Source: Massalongia carnosa (taxonomy: Eukaryota). From it: a stretch of 64,000 bases of DNA. This document shows, piece after piece, positions 21,953 to 35,080 of this stretch (position 1 is the first letter of the stretch; the number at the start of each line of letters is the position of its first letter). The translations under genes were made by a program, and so were the position numbers. The stretch covers positions 992,001-1,056,000 of the forward strand of contig OZ287075.1 of the NCBI GenBank assembly GCA_965645245.1, in the 5' to 3' direction. The notes under the pieces are model-generated. The model was not told where the DNA came from. It did no database searches and worked only from the letters and a program-made list of their open reading frames with translations.

Positions 21953-23043
21953 CACAGGAACGATGAACCCTCTGAAAATCCGAGTCGATTGTTATGCACC
22001 GCGGGGAACATCCTCTTCTTGCATACCTAAATATTCCCTCTACCCCTTTTCAAAGCTTCGTTAGATAAAAAGGAAAAGACCCTTTTACTAGCACCATTCT
22101 AGGCACGGCTTGTTAGGATTGAATGATCTGGGGAACGGGGGCTTGGCAAACAGCCCCCTTGGAAATAGTCTAGGCGAACTCTGCACCCCTTTTACTACAC
22201 TCACAACCAATTGGGTAGATAGGTACAAAGTGGATACTCGACGCAGAAACGATACCTAACCACCTACCCAGTTATGCACAATACAAACTTTACAAAAATA
22301 ACCACAAAATCATGTCAAGAAACTAGTAATCGAAGTGAGTCTGCTACTAGTTTCTTGGCATAATTAAGTTACGTTTACAGTTTATCCGTGCGCTTATGAC
22401 CCGCTCGTACTTGTTTACATGTATGTATTGTACTGTACTCCGTACAGAGTACTAGTACATGTAAATCCACCACTATCGTAGCCAGCACCCCATACTTAGT
22501 TAGCCATTTTCAGACCTCTCCTGCATCCATCATCACCACAGTAAAATCTTGTGATGACATGCTAGGCTTGTTGATTGATTGAAAATCTCACTTCGAGTAG
22601 AAGGAATCATCAAATAAAAACCATTTATTCGAACGCATCAAAAAATTATTCCAACAGGATCAGGTAAGAAAGTCACAATGATGCGATATGAATCGAAGCT
22701 CAAGCACAAGGTTTTTTTATTTTGATTTGTTATTTTCATCGACTCGAAGTGAGAAATGCAGTCGACCAACAAGCCCAGCCGGTCATAACAAGATTTTATC
22801 GACATGATTGATGCAAAAACGGGTTGAAAGGCTGTACGAGTACATTTTACAACTCGGGGTAAGTGAGGGGTGGATTACGTTAGGTACCTATTTCTAAGCT
22901 CTAACAAAGTCTTTAATGCAACCGAAGTATATCGAACTATTTCTTCTTTTCGACGTGCCCAAGAGCCTCGAGAATGTGTGCGTAATGTGCTCTAGAACTG
23001 GCTTTTGCTGCCCGTGTGGCCATCGCACCAGTAACAGGATACT

Positions 23044-25064
23044 ATGGGCAATTGCGGCTCGAACCTCAACTGTACCGGTTCCGATCAACCGATACAGGCA
23101 GATTTAGACATTGCTGGCATTGGCGTTGGTCTCCCTTCCTGCCGTTTACCTCTGGTACCGGATACACCTCACTGATCCTTGAGGATGATAGGTCCTTTTA
23201 TCTTTCGCTGGAACCGTAGTCATCACATATATTGCCATTCTCGTTGGATATCTGTCTGATTCATTGCCCGATGCGTCGCTAACTGATCTTGATCGAGCAT
23301 TCTTGTTCAAAATATCGCAGTGGTGTCGAAAGGTGTGGCCGAAGAACGGTTTGTTGCGCACTGCATTCCGCCAAGCTACCGCTATGGCCTTCGCAATCAT
23401 CGGATTCGAGCGTTTCCCCGAGGACAGAGGAGATATAGATCCGAAGGCAAAGCTGGAGAGAGCAAGAAAGCGTCGCAGCAAAGGCCTAGAACGCTTCTTT
23501 CTTGCTCTGAGCGACCAACAGCTCGTGACTGGCTTAGCCGTGTTGATTGCCGGCCACATCAGCCTCTGTACTCGGTCGGTATATCACTACGGAATTATTG
23601 CTGCGCTGGCATGGTGTTCGTCTACGACGCACTTGTCAACACTTGCTGTCCTTCGTGTTTACTTGACAGAACACCCTAAAACCCGTGACTGGCGGGTTGT
23701 TACAATGCTAGCCGTACTGGGTCTTCTAGTCGTAACACAGACTGCTTTAATTTCAGGAGTTGATGCTTCCATTCCTTCGAAGTGTCTCTTCTAGAGCTCT
23801 GGAGGGACTAGTACCTCCTCCGACAGCTCGATTGACCCGTTATATCTAATACAATCGATATTTGTTACTATCTTCTTGGTTAAAACTTATAGTGATAGGA
23901 TCTTCCGCCTATATTCACATGACCCGGATTGGTCTACCCTGGAATGGTTGTTCGATGCTATAATGGAAATTTGCAAGGGAGATCTTGCTTCGACAATATA
24001 GAAAGGATTATCATCGAAAGTTCTGAATATTCAGAAACAGAGCAGGGTACGGTTCTTCGCAGCATCAGAGACCGACGATGTCTTGCCAAATTAACATTCC
24101 GAATGACAAACAGCAGACCGGGTCGTCTAGCTCAGATGATCTTAAGAATCCGGTTCATCAGCCAAGAGATAAGGAATACATTTCTCAGTGAGCTCCTCAC
24201 TCTCACGTTTGGAGTCACATACGGCATGGTCCATGTCGCTGTAGCTCGAGAAAGTGTTCCAACCGCAGGATTTTTAGGGGATCCAAATGCGATGAGTTTC
24301 GGCCAGCTTGTTCCACTTCTGCTAATGGCGCTACCGATCTTAGCAGCTGGAGAAGCTTACTTTGGTGAATCTTGTCTCTGAGTTCCTGAACTGATTTTAC
24401 GACACTAATTCTCCTTGTATAATCAGAGGGTCATGACAACGCAAAAAATACTCAAACTACCGAAGCAAGCTCGGCGAAGCCACGAAGAAAATTGATACTA
24501 TCAACAGAGCACGACATCTTTTGGAATGTTGATAAAGCATCTTTGAAGGGAATTATGCCTGAGCCACAACAATCACAACCGCCCGATGACTTAGCCTTAC
24601 GTGCCGCAAACCCATCAAGTAAAATTCCTATGCAAGTTCTAAATGGGATAACCCAAGTTCGCATAAGCGCTCTTTCTGCCCCTGAAGACGACATTCAATT
24701 CATAGGGCGAAACGACACCGAGAGTGTTCTTAGATTCACCCCTGAACGGCGAACAGCGTCATTGAGAGCTATAGCCGCAAATCAGGCCCTCCGTCCACCT
24801 GAGCAAAGTGCGAGTCCGGCCACGGGCCATCCTTCGGTGAAGACAGGAGGATTTGTGCCAATGCCATTCAATCCTTGGAACATTTTTGCCGCTCTAGTAA
24901 TTGTTAGTTTCTTATTTTGGGTACATTTGGCCATCTGCCTTGCTGGGCCTTGGCCAAGTCCGGAGGGCACAAACTTTAGCTACACTCTAAACGTTTACTT
25001 ATATGTTCTCACTGCTATTTACATCTTGGCGCTAATTACGGGAAGGATTATTCAAGCGATTTGA
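23044..25064 (+). pseudogene. Fungal multi-pass membrane protein (DIAGIGV / LSDQQLVTG / MSFGQ family), disrupted
   Basis: MGNCGSNLNC...ADLDIAGIG|VLLSF; LALSDQQLVTGLAVLIAG; MSFGQLVPLLLMALP. In-frame TAG at 23792-23794 and a frameshift near 23980. Confidence 0.7.
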
Positions 25065-26312
25065 AGAACATGAGGAGGAGGAACACAAGGATAGGACGAG
25101 ATTCAATCGTCCTGCGAATTGATCCAAACGCTGACATTGCAACGTCAAGACTTGAGCCAACTGCAATTCAATCATCTGAAAAAAGCACATTTCCCGCACT
25201 ACTGCCTTCCATCGCTTGCCATCAGAAAACGATTCTCCGTCAGTCTCAAACACTTCAAATACTCTGCCGTCATTGTGGATCACAATGGCGCATTGACCTT
25301 CTTGACAACAAAATGGTTATTCATCGGGAGGCATACATCCAAGCGCTGTCCTCGACCAGCTGTGAATTGCGTAGAAGCTCTTTGTTGGAACTGTGACTGC
25401 AACAGGCGGAATGGTAGGACTGGGCAATTGATATAACTGGTTCGACAAACGAGCTTTTCACATGCAAAAGAGACTGGGAGAAAACGGTTGAAGGGTAAAA
25501 CTGCTCCTATTTATGCCCGTCCACCATCCATTCCATAAGCCTCCATTCCCATCTCATCGGTTGCCTTTTCAGATGCGATTTCCGACTCCATAAAAATTTG
25601 CCACCGGCACAGACCTCTTTTGCCGAGATAGATGCAAATTGCTTTGTCAGCTTGTTTCGGTACCTGGCATCGGTTGCCCGTTTTAACACTCTTTAGGTTG
25701 TAGCCGGCCCTACGTAAATCATTCTCGATCTATTTAGTTAAGTGTGACCATCTCGCTAAGGAAAGATCACAGCATTGGAACAGCGATTTGACTCCAATGC
25801 TCAACGAGAAACGCTGCGCATAACTCCAGTCTAAAAGCTTAGACGATCTGTGTATGGCTATCAGATTACCAGCGTAATGAACGGTCCGTTTGCACGGGCA
25901 GTGGCAGAACGTATTTGCTCAACCGAGAGGATGGAGATACAGGAAATTTTTGAAAAGAAAGCTTGGAGGGGAAGGGGCAAGCGAGCAAAGTACAATACTA
26001 TAGTAGGAAGGTAGGTAGATGGTGGAATTATAGAGTACCGCTAGCTGACCCCATCGCCTTGAAGCTGCAGGGTACGAGTAAGAATGGTGAGAATTGACAA
26101 AAGACAAGGCAGCAGGCAGGCAGGCAAGGACTGAGGGAGCAAAGCGGCAGTAACCTAATCAGCAGGTGGTCACGTGGGCAGCCTCGATCCAGGGGATGCC
26201 TCTATGAGGATAGGTATAGGTATATTTTATGTATTTAATAGGAGAAGAGAGAAAGGAAGTCGGGAGGGGGGGGGTTAAGGGATGTAGGCATGTATGCACC
26301 TAGGCCAAATGA

Positions 26313-26368
26313 CATTCCAAGGCGCGAGAGCTAGACATATCATTCCAAGGCGCGAGAGCTAGACATAT
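26313..26368. repeat. 28-bp perfect tandem duplication
   Basis: CATTCCAAGGCGCGAGAGCTAGACATAT twice, head to tail. Confidence 0.9.
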
Positions 26369-26592
26369 TTATCCCAAAGAGCTACATAATCGTATAGATT
26401 TCCCATTGTTTTCAACATTAGATAGTTAAACCTCGCCAGCAAAGAGCGTCTTTTGCTATGCATTGCTTTCTCGAAACATTAAGCGAACCTGGTATTAAAC
26501 GAGACTGGTTTATAAACTTCTCCCCTAGGTACTCTCTCTCCTTTCTTCCTCCGCATACTCTTATATATTTTTTATCCTACAAGTCCCTTCTC

Positions 26593-29449
26593 CTACAATG
26601 CAACCAAAAAGCCCACAGCTCCCACAACCAGAGCACCCACAATCCCTGATCGGGCCCTACCCGCCCCGTCCGTGAACGCCGTGACGGAAGTTTGGGCCGT
26701 CGGCTTGCGCCCCCCTGTAGGCAAGATGCCCGTAGCCAATGTAGAGAGAGTCGCCGAAGCACCGGTCGGCACCGCAGGAACTGGAGCCGGGCTGCCAGCC
26801 GCGAGATTGACGTCTACGCTCCCGGTGGCGCCAGCTTTGGCGGTCTCGGTGGTGAACTTGACTTGAGGCACCGTGACTTGGATGGAGATGACGGAAGTAG
26901 TAGAGGACGACGGAATGGGCCGGCCGGCCGAGGGACCTGATGGGTAGGTTTGCGGGATTGTAACCGTTTTGACGAGGGAGATGGTCGTTGCTGGAACGGG
27001 AGCTGGGGCGGGAGGGGCGGTGATAACGCCCGCGGTGACGACGCTACCGGTAAAGGCGCTGGAAACAGGCGTGGCGACAGGGATGGGGGCCAAGGTGATG
27101 GTTTTCGGCACGTTGGTGACAATGCCGGGGTTGGCCTCAACATGGGGAGCACAGATGCCGGCAAGATAGGACAGAGCCGCTTGAATTTCGTTAGAGTCGG
27201 CGGACCAGGATGACACGCAGTCCTGGACATTCTTGGTAAAGTCGGGGTTTGTGCAGTAGCAGTTGGAATCCGCGTTATTCTCGCATGTGGTTAAGGAGAT
27301 CCATGTGTTCATACACTTGGGTAACACCGATGGCGCAGGAGCTGGGCCGCTAGGCGGAGGAGACGAAGCCGAGGGGGGAGGTGCCGCTGAAGATTGTGGC
27401 GATTGCTCTGGCGGGGGTGCGCTGGAAGCTGCCTGCGTGTTGGGAGGGGCAACACATTTAGTGCAAATTGTTGAAGTAATGGTACTGAATATCGTGGAAA
27501 CGGTTCGAGTGGTCCGAATGACTTTACTGTTACCAGATGTGATGGTGTTGGTAACTGGACATGTCGTAAGGGTGGTACGGACGCTATAGAGACCATTAGC
27601 AACATGCATAAGCTGGAGATGGAGCTTCTTACATCACGGTGGTAACAACGTCCTGAGTTGTCGCAGGCTGAGACGGAACGGGAGGAAGCACAGAGCTTTC
27701 ACTGGCGGGGGTAGCCGTGCTGGTTACAAGGATAGGAAGCGTAGGAGTAGAAGGCACCGGAGAAGGTCCGGAACTCTGAGCAATTGCAATGGTCGAGCTC
27801 TCATTGGGTGCGGGAGTTGGCGAAGTTGGGGGGGCTACGACGCTTGTAGCCACTGGAGTTGACGGTTGAGGAGCAATGCATTTTGTACAAATCGTAGATG
27901 TAATAGTGCTGCGGATCGTGGACACAGTGAAAGAGCTTTGAACAATTTGACGACCATTAGATGTAACGGTGTTAGTGACTGGGCAGTTTGTCAAAGTTGT
28001 GTAGACGCTAGAATGAGATTAGCAAGGCATTCACTGACGTAAACGAGTATTTCTTACATCTCGGTAGTGACAACTGGCTGAGTAGTTCCCGGTAGTGGAG
28101 GAGAAACAGGCGAAGTTTCTGATGTGAGCGATGATGAACTGGCTTCAGGGGTTGCTGACGATGGAGTGGATGCTCCTGCCGAGGAAGAGGATGGTGGCGA
28201 GGCAACTGGGATCGATGGAATGATATTAGATGAAATATAGGGTGAGGCAGCTGGAGTTGACGAATCCGGAGATGAAGCTGACGGTGGAATGACTGATGAA
28301 GAAGCCGGGGAGGACGATTGCGGGGGTGTAACGACTGGGGTGGAGGCTGAAGGAGACGAATTTGGCGTAGAAGGCAGTGGGGTTGAGGTAGGTGATGAAG
28401 CCACAGGAGGTGATGAAGCTGGTGGTGAGACAGCTGGTGAGGATGAAGGAGAAGCGACAGCTGGAGAAGATGAAGCGGGTGGTGATACGGATGGAGATGG
28501 CGGCGATGTGGAGCCTAGATCAGAAGATGGGGAAGAAGAGGCGGATGGGCTTGGCGCTGGTGTGGAGCTCTCCGAGTAGGTGAGAGGAACAGTCCCAGGA
28601 GCGGTCCCGGATCCTGGAGTGGTTCTAACTCCAATGCTGGTCGAGAGATTTCCGGTTATACTGTACTTTATGCTTAACGAAGGGATCGATGCGGGCCCAG
28701 ATGGCTGTGAGACGGGGGCCGATGGTTTCGGCAATAGCACGGAAGAAGTCGACGGGGAGCTGGGTGGACTGCGTGGAGGACCGCAGTCGAAACTGACTCG
28801 ATGAATCCCCACGTCGCAGCTGGAGTGCTCCACATATTTTGGGAGTTTAAAGGTCACCGAGGTCGCACCACCACACTGGGTATTCTTAATGGTTGATCCT
28901 GATTTTGAGCAAGAAGCAGTGTGTTTGCAGACGTCACCATTATCGTAGCTGTAAATCAGATCCAAATCTATATCTTCAGAGGTAGACACCTGAAGGTCGG
29001 TAATGGAAAAAGGTTTAGCAGAGCCGCAAGATATTTTCGGCCCGCTGGATGCGTCCTTAGTGATAGATCCTTTGATGCATTTATCCTGCAGCCAGTCAGA
29101 AATGTCAGAGCACGGACCTAATTAACTCCACTGACCTGAAATGTTCTAGGCGTCAGAGCATCCCGTTTCGAAAGGAACGAGTCGACGCATGTAAAGCCGG
29201 CAAATTCAAAGCCCCCATACTGCTGCAGATCTTGTCCCGATGGTGTATCACGCCAGTCAAAGCCTCGTTGTTGGTCGGAGTTGCAATGATTGTCGGTATT
29301 AGATGGGCATGAAAAGGACTTGGCGTTGGTCCAGCCCTGAAGGCCGTGAGCATGGTTCGACGACGCACAATCGGTATGAGCAAGGAGCTTACAGTAGCGG
29401 CAACTTGCTGAGCAGCTACGCCAAATAAAATGAAACGTATAGTCCGCAT
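26593..29449 (-). CDS. GPI-anchored Ser/Thr/Pro-rich adhesin with a CFEM-like domain (MAD1-like)
   Basis: Signal peptide MRTIRFILFGVAAQQVAAT; Cys-containing N-terminal domain; repeated T(T/N)CPVTNT...STITSTICTKC units; LPKCMNTW...CYCTNPDF...YLAGICA; hydrophobic C-terminus GIVGALVVGAVGFLVAL. Confidence 0.82.
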
Positions 29450-32400
29450 CCTGGCGGCAAAAGGTATACCGAGCAGGTTCGTATAAGTATTGCTGAAGTG
29501 AGTGGAGTTATAGAGACAGAAACGAGAGCGAGAATGCTTGAGAGCGAAAGGAAAGAAGCGAGTGACTTGAGCCTTGATGACCCCAAGGGAAGGAAAAATG
29601 ACAATTACCGTGGATGAGCAGCGAAAGTGGGATAGGGGAGAGAATCAACAAGCTCGGAAGGTGGACAGAGAACGATGATTGATATAAATAAGGGTAATGA
29701 TAGTATATGTACAGAGTAAGCTGAACAGAAACCCCTTCTCCTGAGTCTGACCACTTGCTCCAGTCAAGTTGGAGAACGGCAGCGACAAGTGGAGTCCCTG
29801 TTGGTGGGGCCGAGTGATCGGGAAGGGGATATCCAATCGTAGGTCGTGGACCGGGGTGGTGGCAAGACATGCATCGGCGTTTGCAACATCGGACGCACAA
29901 CACTCCACAGGATTACCGAGTAGGTACAGGACTATGCGGCGCCTGAAACGAGGGTTCTCAAAGAAGCCTTTGTCATTTGTCCACTTCTCATTTCCTTTCT
30001 ATTGATGGACGGGGGAAGGACGAAAAAGAGACGAACGGAAGCCAAACAACCCAATGCAGGAACCCGAACGCTAACCCCAAGCTAACCTCAAATGAGCAAA
30101 AGATCATGTTTTGCCAGTTGAGCCCCTGTTTCAGAATCCATAACGGGACTTGACCTGCAATCTCCTGGCTGAACTCTGAACAGAAAAGAGAGAAGAGCAA
30201 AAAGAGCAAAAAGAGCAAAACGGGCGACACGCGCAAGCATTGAAGGACTATTTTTAGACGCGCTTTTCTAGCCTCATGCTTTTCACTCGCTTTCGTCCAT
30301 CCAAACTGTTCAACCTCCCGTTCGTTCACCCCTTTACCTCGGCAAGGTTGTCGCTTTCTGATTCAAGGTTCTTGGGGTTTTACCGTGAGTCCCTCATGCC
30401 ACTCAAATGATTTAACATCAAACAAGACCTCTCTTCGATACATCTAATGTACAAACAATGAGGATTAGTGCTTTATATGATTGATATTGAGTAACTAGAG
30501 CGGATTGCGATGATGCTGATAAAATGAAAAGAGGTAGTAATCAACTTTTCTCGAGCAGTAATAAGCCATGCAAGGAACTCAAACAACCTTGATTGATATA
30601 TTTGCTCCACATGTTAAAGTCCATGCGATTTAAATCCTGATGTCATTGGTGCACCACTTGCGAACCTGGGTCTCGATAGCGTACGGAGTACATGGCTTTC
30701 AATGTCAATCAAGGTCGCCTGTCTAGCCATGAATCAATTAGGATGCATGTATTAGATAGACTTTAGAGTTTGAAATCCTGTGGACTTCTTTGTTTTAATT
30801 TAAATATTAAATCAAGTGCATGTTTACCCACGTGACGTCTCCAAATCTGTAACACATATGTGTGAATCTCCTTCTCGGCATGTACGGTTGTATTCAAACA
30901 TATGTACGCCGGATATTGACACAGGCACTGCTTTGGGGAAATGGTGCCTTGTTCCTGTCATGGACTCTGAGTGTTAATGCAGCTTATCATCTTCAGGATA
31001 TTTTAGCAGATGGCTTTTGATGTTAAAGGTATACCCACGACCATTGTTTTATGCTAAAATTTTCTTACTCCAGCCATTTTCTGCCAGGTGGAAAAAACTG
31101 TTTAGGAATGGAGCTAGCACGTATTGGGATGGATAAAGATCATGGAGCTTTTTTTTTCTTTCGAAAACTTGACTACTAAATAGAGGGAACATGATTAGTT
31201 TGCTACACTTATTCTAGATCAGTGTGAAGACAAAATGAGCGTGTTTGGGAGATTGCTGCATTTAGCAGGCTAGGAAATAATTCACGTGTCGACCCGCCCC
31301 TAGATAGTTCCGAATGGATTGAGAGAGAAGAGTCTCAAGAGCTGGGCGTTGATCAAGATGACTGCTGAAACGCCCACTCAAAAAAAAGACTTGCAGAGTC
31401 AAATGTTTTATTCGTTGAGGAGCAAATGGGGAGACAACAAGGAACCTAGATAGAACCACTACGTTCTCAACCCCCTTGCGCAGAACCCTTGCGCTACTCT
31501 GAGAAGATTCAACAGCCTAATGAAGCCTCTGTCACTTGGCTATGTATCTGAAAGAACCCTATGCTGCTAAACCTCCATGAAGGTGACCGATTGCATGAAG
31601 GGCTCTCATCATCTATCCGCTTCTGCCGAAAGATCTACCTTGTGGCGTAATCCTGAGCCGAAGATCGATATTTTGTTCCAACAGATTGACGACCTGGGAG
31701 ACCCAGCTCCTCATAAGTCCCGGTAATACCGATACCAATTGCCATGAGCACAATCCATTCCATTTCCCACTTTGCCGATAATTATACCCGCAGACCTAAC
31801 TAACTAGGGGCTCCGACGTCGACATCGGGGTTGATCAAGGACGACGGGGTTGAAGAGTAGTTGGCGTATCGGACTGCACTCTCCAGAGTACTCTCTGGAC
31901 GGAGTAGGTACTTACTTGAAGAGCAGGTGCTGCTACCGACCGTTGGAGAGCGAGGCACGTGAGAGGCGGATTTTCAATAGGGCTTATCGATAAGGTAAGC
32001 GGCAAATGCTGCCGACTTCGTTCGCGTAAAATCTCCCGATGGAAAAATGGCGGGGTAATTCTTGAATTTGCCCTGCAGCTTTGTGGATTCCAGCGGGCGT
32101 CTTTTGGGGATCAATCGTTCGACTTGACCAGCTAACCCAATCCAAAGGACATGCTCTACAACTCTTCCCCCGTGATGTCTAGTGACCAGTATGCTCGACG
32201 CTTCAAACCCTTCACCACCCAAGAAAGTCCGTAGACTGTAACAATGCCACTGAGAAGGCAGGGGCGTTGGAGATCAGTGGAAAGTTTATGAGTCGCAGTG
32301 ACACATCGTTGACGCATGAGCGTCTGGCGGTGAAGGAACCCCATCTCGCAGCCAATTGGAACCCATCAACCCAATTCACTAGCGCACAATCAGGAAAATC

Positions 32401-32544
32401 CCACTTCGACTTCAACTTCCCAGCGACCGTTTTCCTTTTCCCTCTTCTCTCTTCACACTTTCCCAACCAGACAATTAGTCACCATATTCATACTCAAACC
32501 CATATCTATTAACGCCATCTTTCACAATATCGTCGAGAAAAACC

Positions 32545-32618
32545 ATGCCGCAGGCCATCGCTGTGCTGTAAATCCCCAACTGAAGGGCGTGCGTGACCCT
32601 CATGCACGCCCTTCAGTT
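32545..32618 (+). promoter_or_regulatory. Candidate uORF (MPQAIAVL*) followed by a 19-bp stem-loop
   Basis: AACCATGCCG...TAA at 32545-32571. Inverted repeat AACTGAAGGGCGTGCGTGA-ccc-TCATGCACGCCCTTCAGTT at 32578-32618. Confidence 0.4.
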
Positions 32619-32987
32619 CGGCCCAGCCCACCGAGAATTTTCAATCGATCGTCGACGATATTGTCTCCCCTTCAAAGCTTGGAAGCGTTGCTTGCTAGGC
32701 CCAGCCTTGAAGTCTTTTCGAACAAGCAGCAGAGTCGCACTTCCTCGGTCATCGGGACTGACAGGTGATCGTAGTCTGCCCAGCGCTTGGGATTGTCACT
32801 CCTGCAGTAACACTTAACGCAAAAAAGGAGTACCAAAACCGCCTCCCCAATCAACATTCTCCCACTCCGACACCAAATTAGCTTTCTCTTATCTCTATAT
32901 TTTCACCCATCCGTCCTCCTATACGAAGGTTGGAGATCTACAACCCACAAACAATAACACTTCCCGACATCTTAACTTTATAAGCCA

Positions 32988-35080
32988 ATGTCTTTCCACC
33001 CCAGAAAAAACACTCGAGTGACGTCGGGCGCACGCAAAATGCCCTCGATGGCCAACTCGGGCGCAAAACATGAAAAGATGGGCAAAAATCAATACCAACC
33101 ACATCACACCCACAACGCAGACTCGGAAAATTCCATGCCCAAAACTTTAGGAGCTAACGAGGAAGGGGGCATATCCTCCAAAACCGAAGGAGGAGATGGT
33201 GGAGATACCGACGGTAACGGTGCAGAAATGGATGAACTAGGTGAGGATGATGGTGATGAAGATGGAATCGCCCCGTCTGGTTGCACCATCGATGAAGATG
33301 GGAAGCAGGCGGGGCATACCAATGAGAAGAGTAATCAGCAGCCCAATGGCACCAGAGAAAAGCGCAAGCGCCACACCGACAGTCTCGACGACAAACCCAA
33401 ACCAACCAAGGCCCTGAAGCGTACTCGCGGAACTAAAGGAAGCGACGGAAACTCTGACGACGACGATTATGCAGGGGTAGATCTAATCAGCGATTCGGAG
33501 GAAGAGGAGCCTCGTGTTGAGCAGCTGGAAGAAAGGATGATAATAGATTCCGAGGAGGAATATACCAAGACTATGGAGTCCATGATCATGCCGTCAACTT
33601 ATTTGAATGATTCATGCGACGATTGGGGAGGCTTCGATCTTACCCATGGCCTGTTTCTCTCAGATGTCGCTTACTTCGACGAGCAAATTGGCCGTAGTGA
33701 CCCCGCTACCCTTGCAGATGAAATCGAGATATTCAACGCCACAAGTTTTTTCGATGAGATAGCTCCCCCGCCTCGTATTGCTCAAGAGCAACGACGGGTC
33801 CGCTTTGTTGAACCAATTATCCCGTCTTGCGAAAGGTCTAACACGGCTTCACCGAACTTGGATGAAGAGATGGAGCCGGAGCTAATCCTACGGTTGCCAT
33901 TCAAGCACAGATGCCGGGCTGAGCGATATAATGGTAACAGTGAAAGCTGCCATATCAAAGTTGAAGACGGCTCCGAGGACTCCTGTGGAAACTCTAGTGG
34001 GTATGAGAGTAGGTGGCAGCATGCAGAATAGCTTTTTTTCAATGCTAATGACCATCGTTTTCAGCTGATCAAGGGGAGACTACCGAAGAGGATGAGCTTC
34101 CTCCCTCTGTAACCGCCACGCCACAATCACTTCTACGTCGTAGCCCGACTTCATATGAGAATATTGGAGGGACCCAAACACCAGCCCCTGCAAGCAATTC
34201 CGCCACATCGTCTGCAGGTCGTCGTTGGGGGCCACGCATGGGGTCCTGGATCGCGGATCCTACAAAGCCAATTGTAATCACAGATCGAACCGGCAAGACT
34301 TTGATCATTTACCCTGCCCAGCGACCCAAGGCTAGCAAAAAGTTTGGACAAGTTACCAGCAGCGGCAGCAGCACAGCAGATACCAGTCCTCGTATTATTG
34401 CACCGAAGCTAGCGACCACATTCACTAATAGCGTGCACAGCAACTTCTTGAGTCAAGAGCCTGGTCGCTATCACACGCGCCACGAGCCTAATGTTATGAT
34501 GTCCGGTCTTCTTCCTGGGAATATGGGATTGGAGCATCTTTTCAGAGGGGAGGTTCTTGGGTCTCCCGAGGCTTTCTGCCCGGGTCAGGATTCCGGAGCC
34601 GATTACGCCACTAAAAACGAAAAAGGAGATGTCGATGACGAAGATCTTTGGGATGTTAGCGACTTTATCAATTTCGGCGAAGAATCGGAAGAGACGGAAA
34701 TCGAACAAACCAAGTCCGTCCACTCCATGACCGCCGAGCCCGCATCACCCCAGTCACCTCAATCACCCCTGTCCGTTCCTGTGAACCCACAGACTCTAAT
34801 ACCAACCGACTCTTCAGCACGGACTTTTTTGGATCGTCTTGGGAAAGGAGTTCTCACTTCTTTCCGACGTAGCCAGTATCATATAGAGCCCCAACATCAC
34901 CCACAAGATAGTTTGTTCATGCGGAGGAGGGAAAGCCTAAATAGGGCTGGCAGAAACGGTATTGCCGGTAACCCATCGAGTCCAATCCGTAAGCGAGGAT
35001 CGATTATCAATTCGAGCAACGCAAAGAGCCTGGGTTTACCTGCACTAGGATCCAAGAAACGACATCAGAATCCTCGTTGA
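32988..35080 (+). CDS. Acidic, largely disordered conserved protein, possibly Ifh1/Crf1-like; 2 exons
   Basis: DDDDYAGVDLISDSEEEE, RRVRF, SSGYE|TDQGETTEEDELPP across an intron (~34009-34063), GPRMGSWIADPTKP. The family assignment is tentative. Confidence 0.65.

Noticed and set aside
22430..22460. TACTCCGTA/TACGGAGTA motifs (also near 5191 and 30682)
   Set aside because: Short near-palindromic intergenic motif with no further supporting structure here.
25061..25436. Overlapping 80-110 aa ORFs after the membrane-protein pseudogene
   Set aside because: No recognisable motif or consistent splice model.
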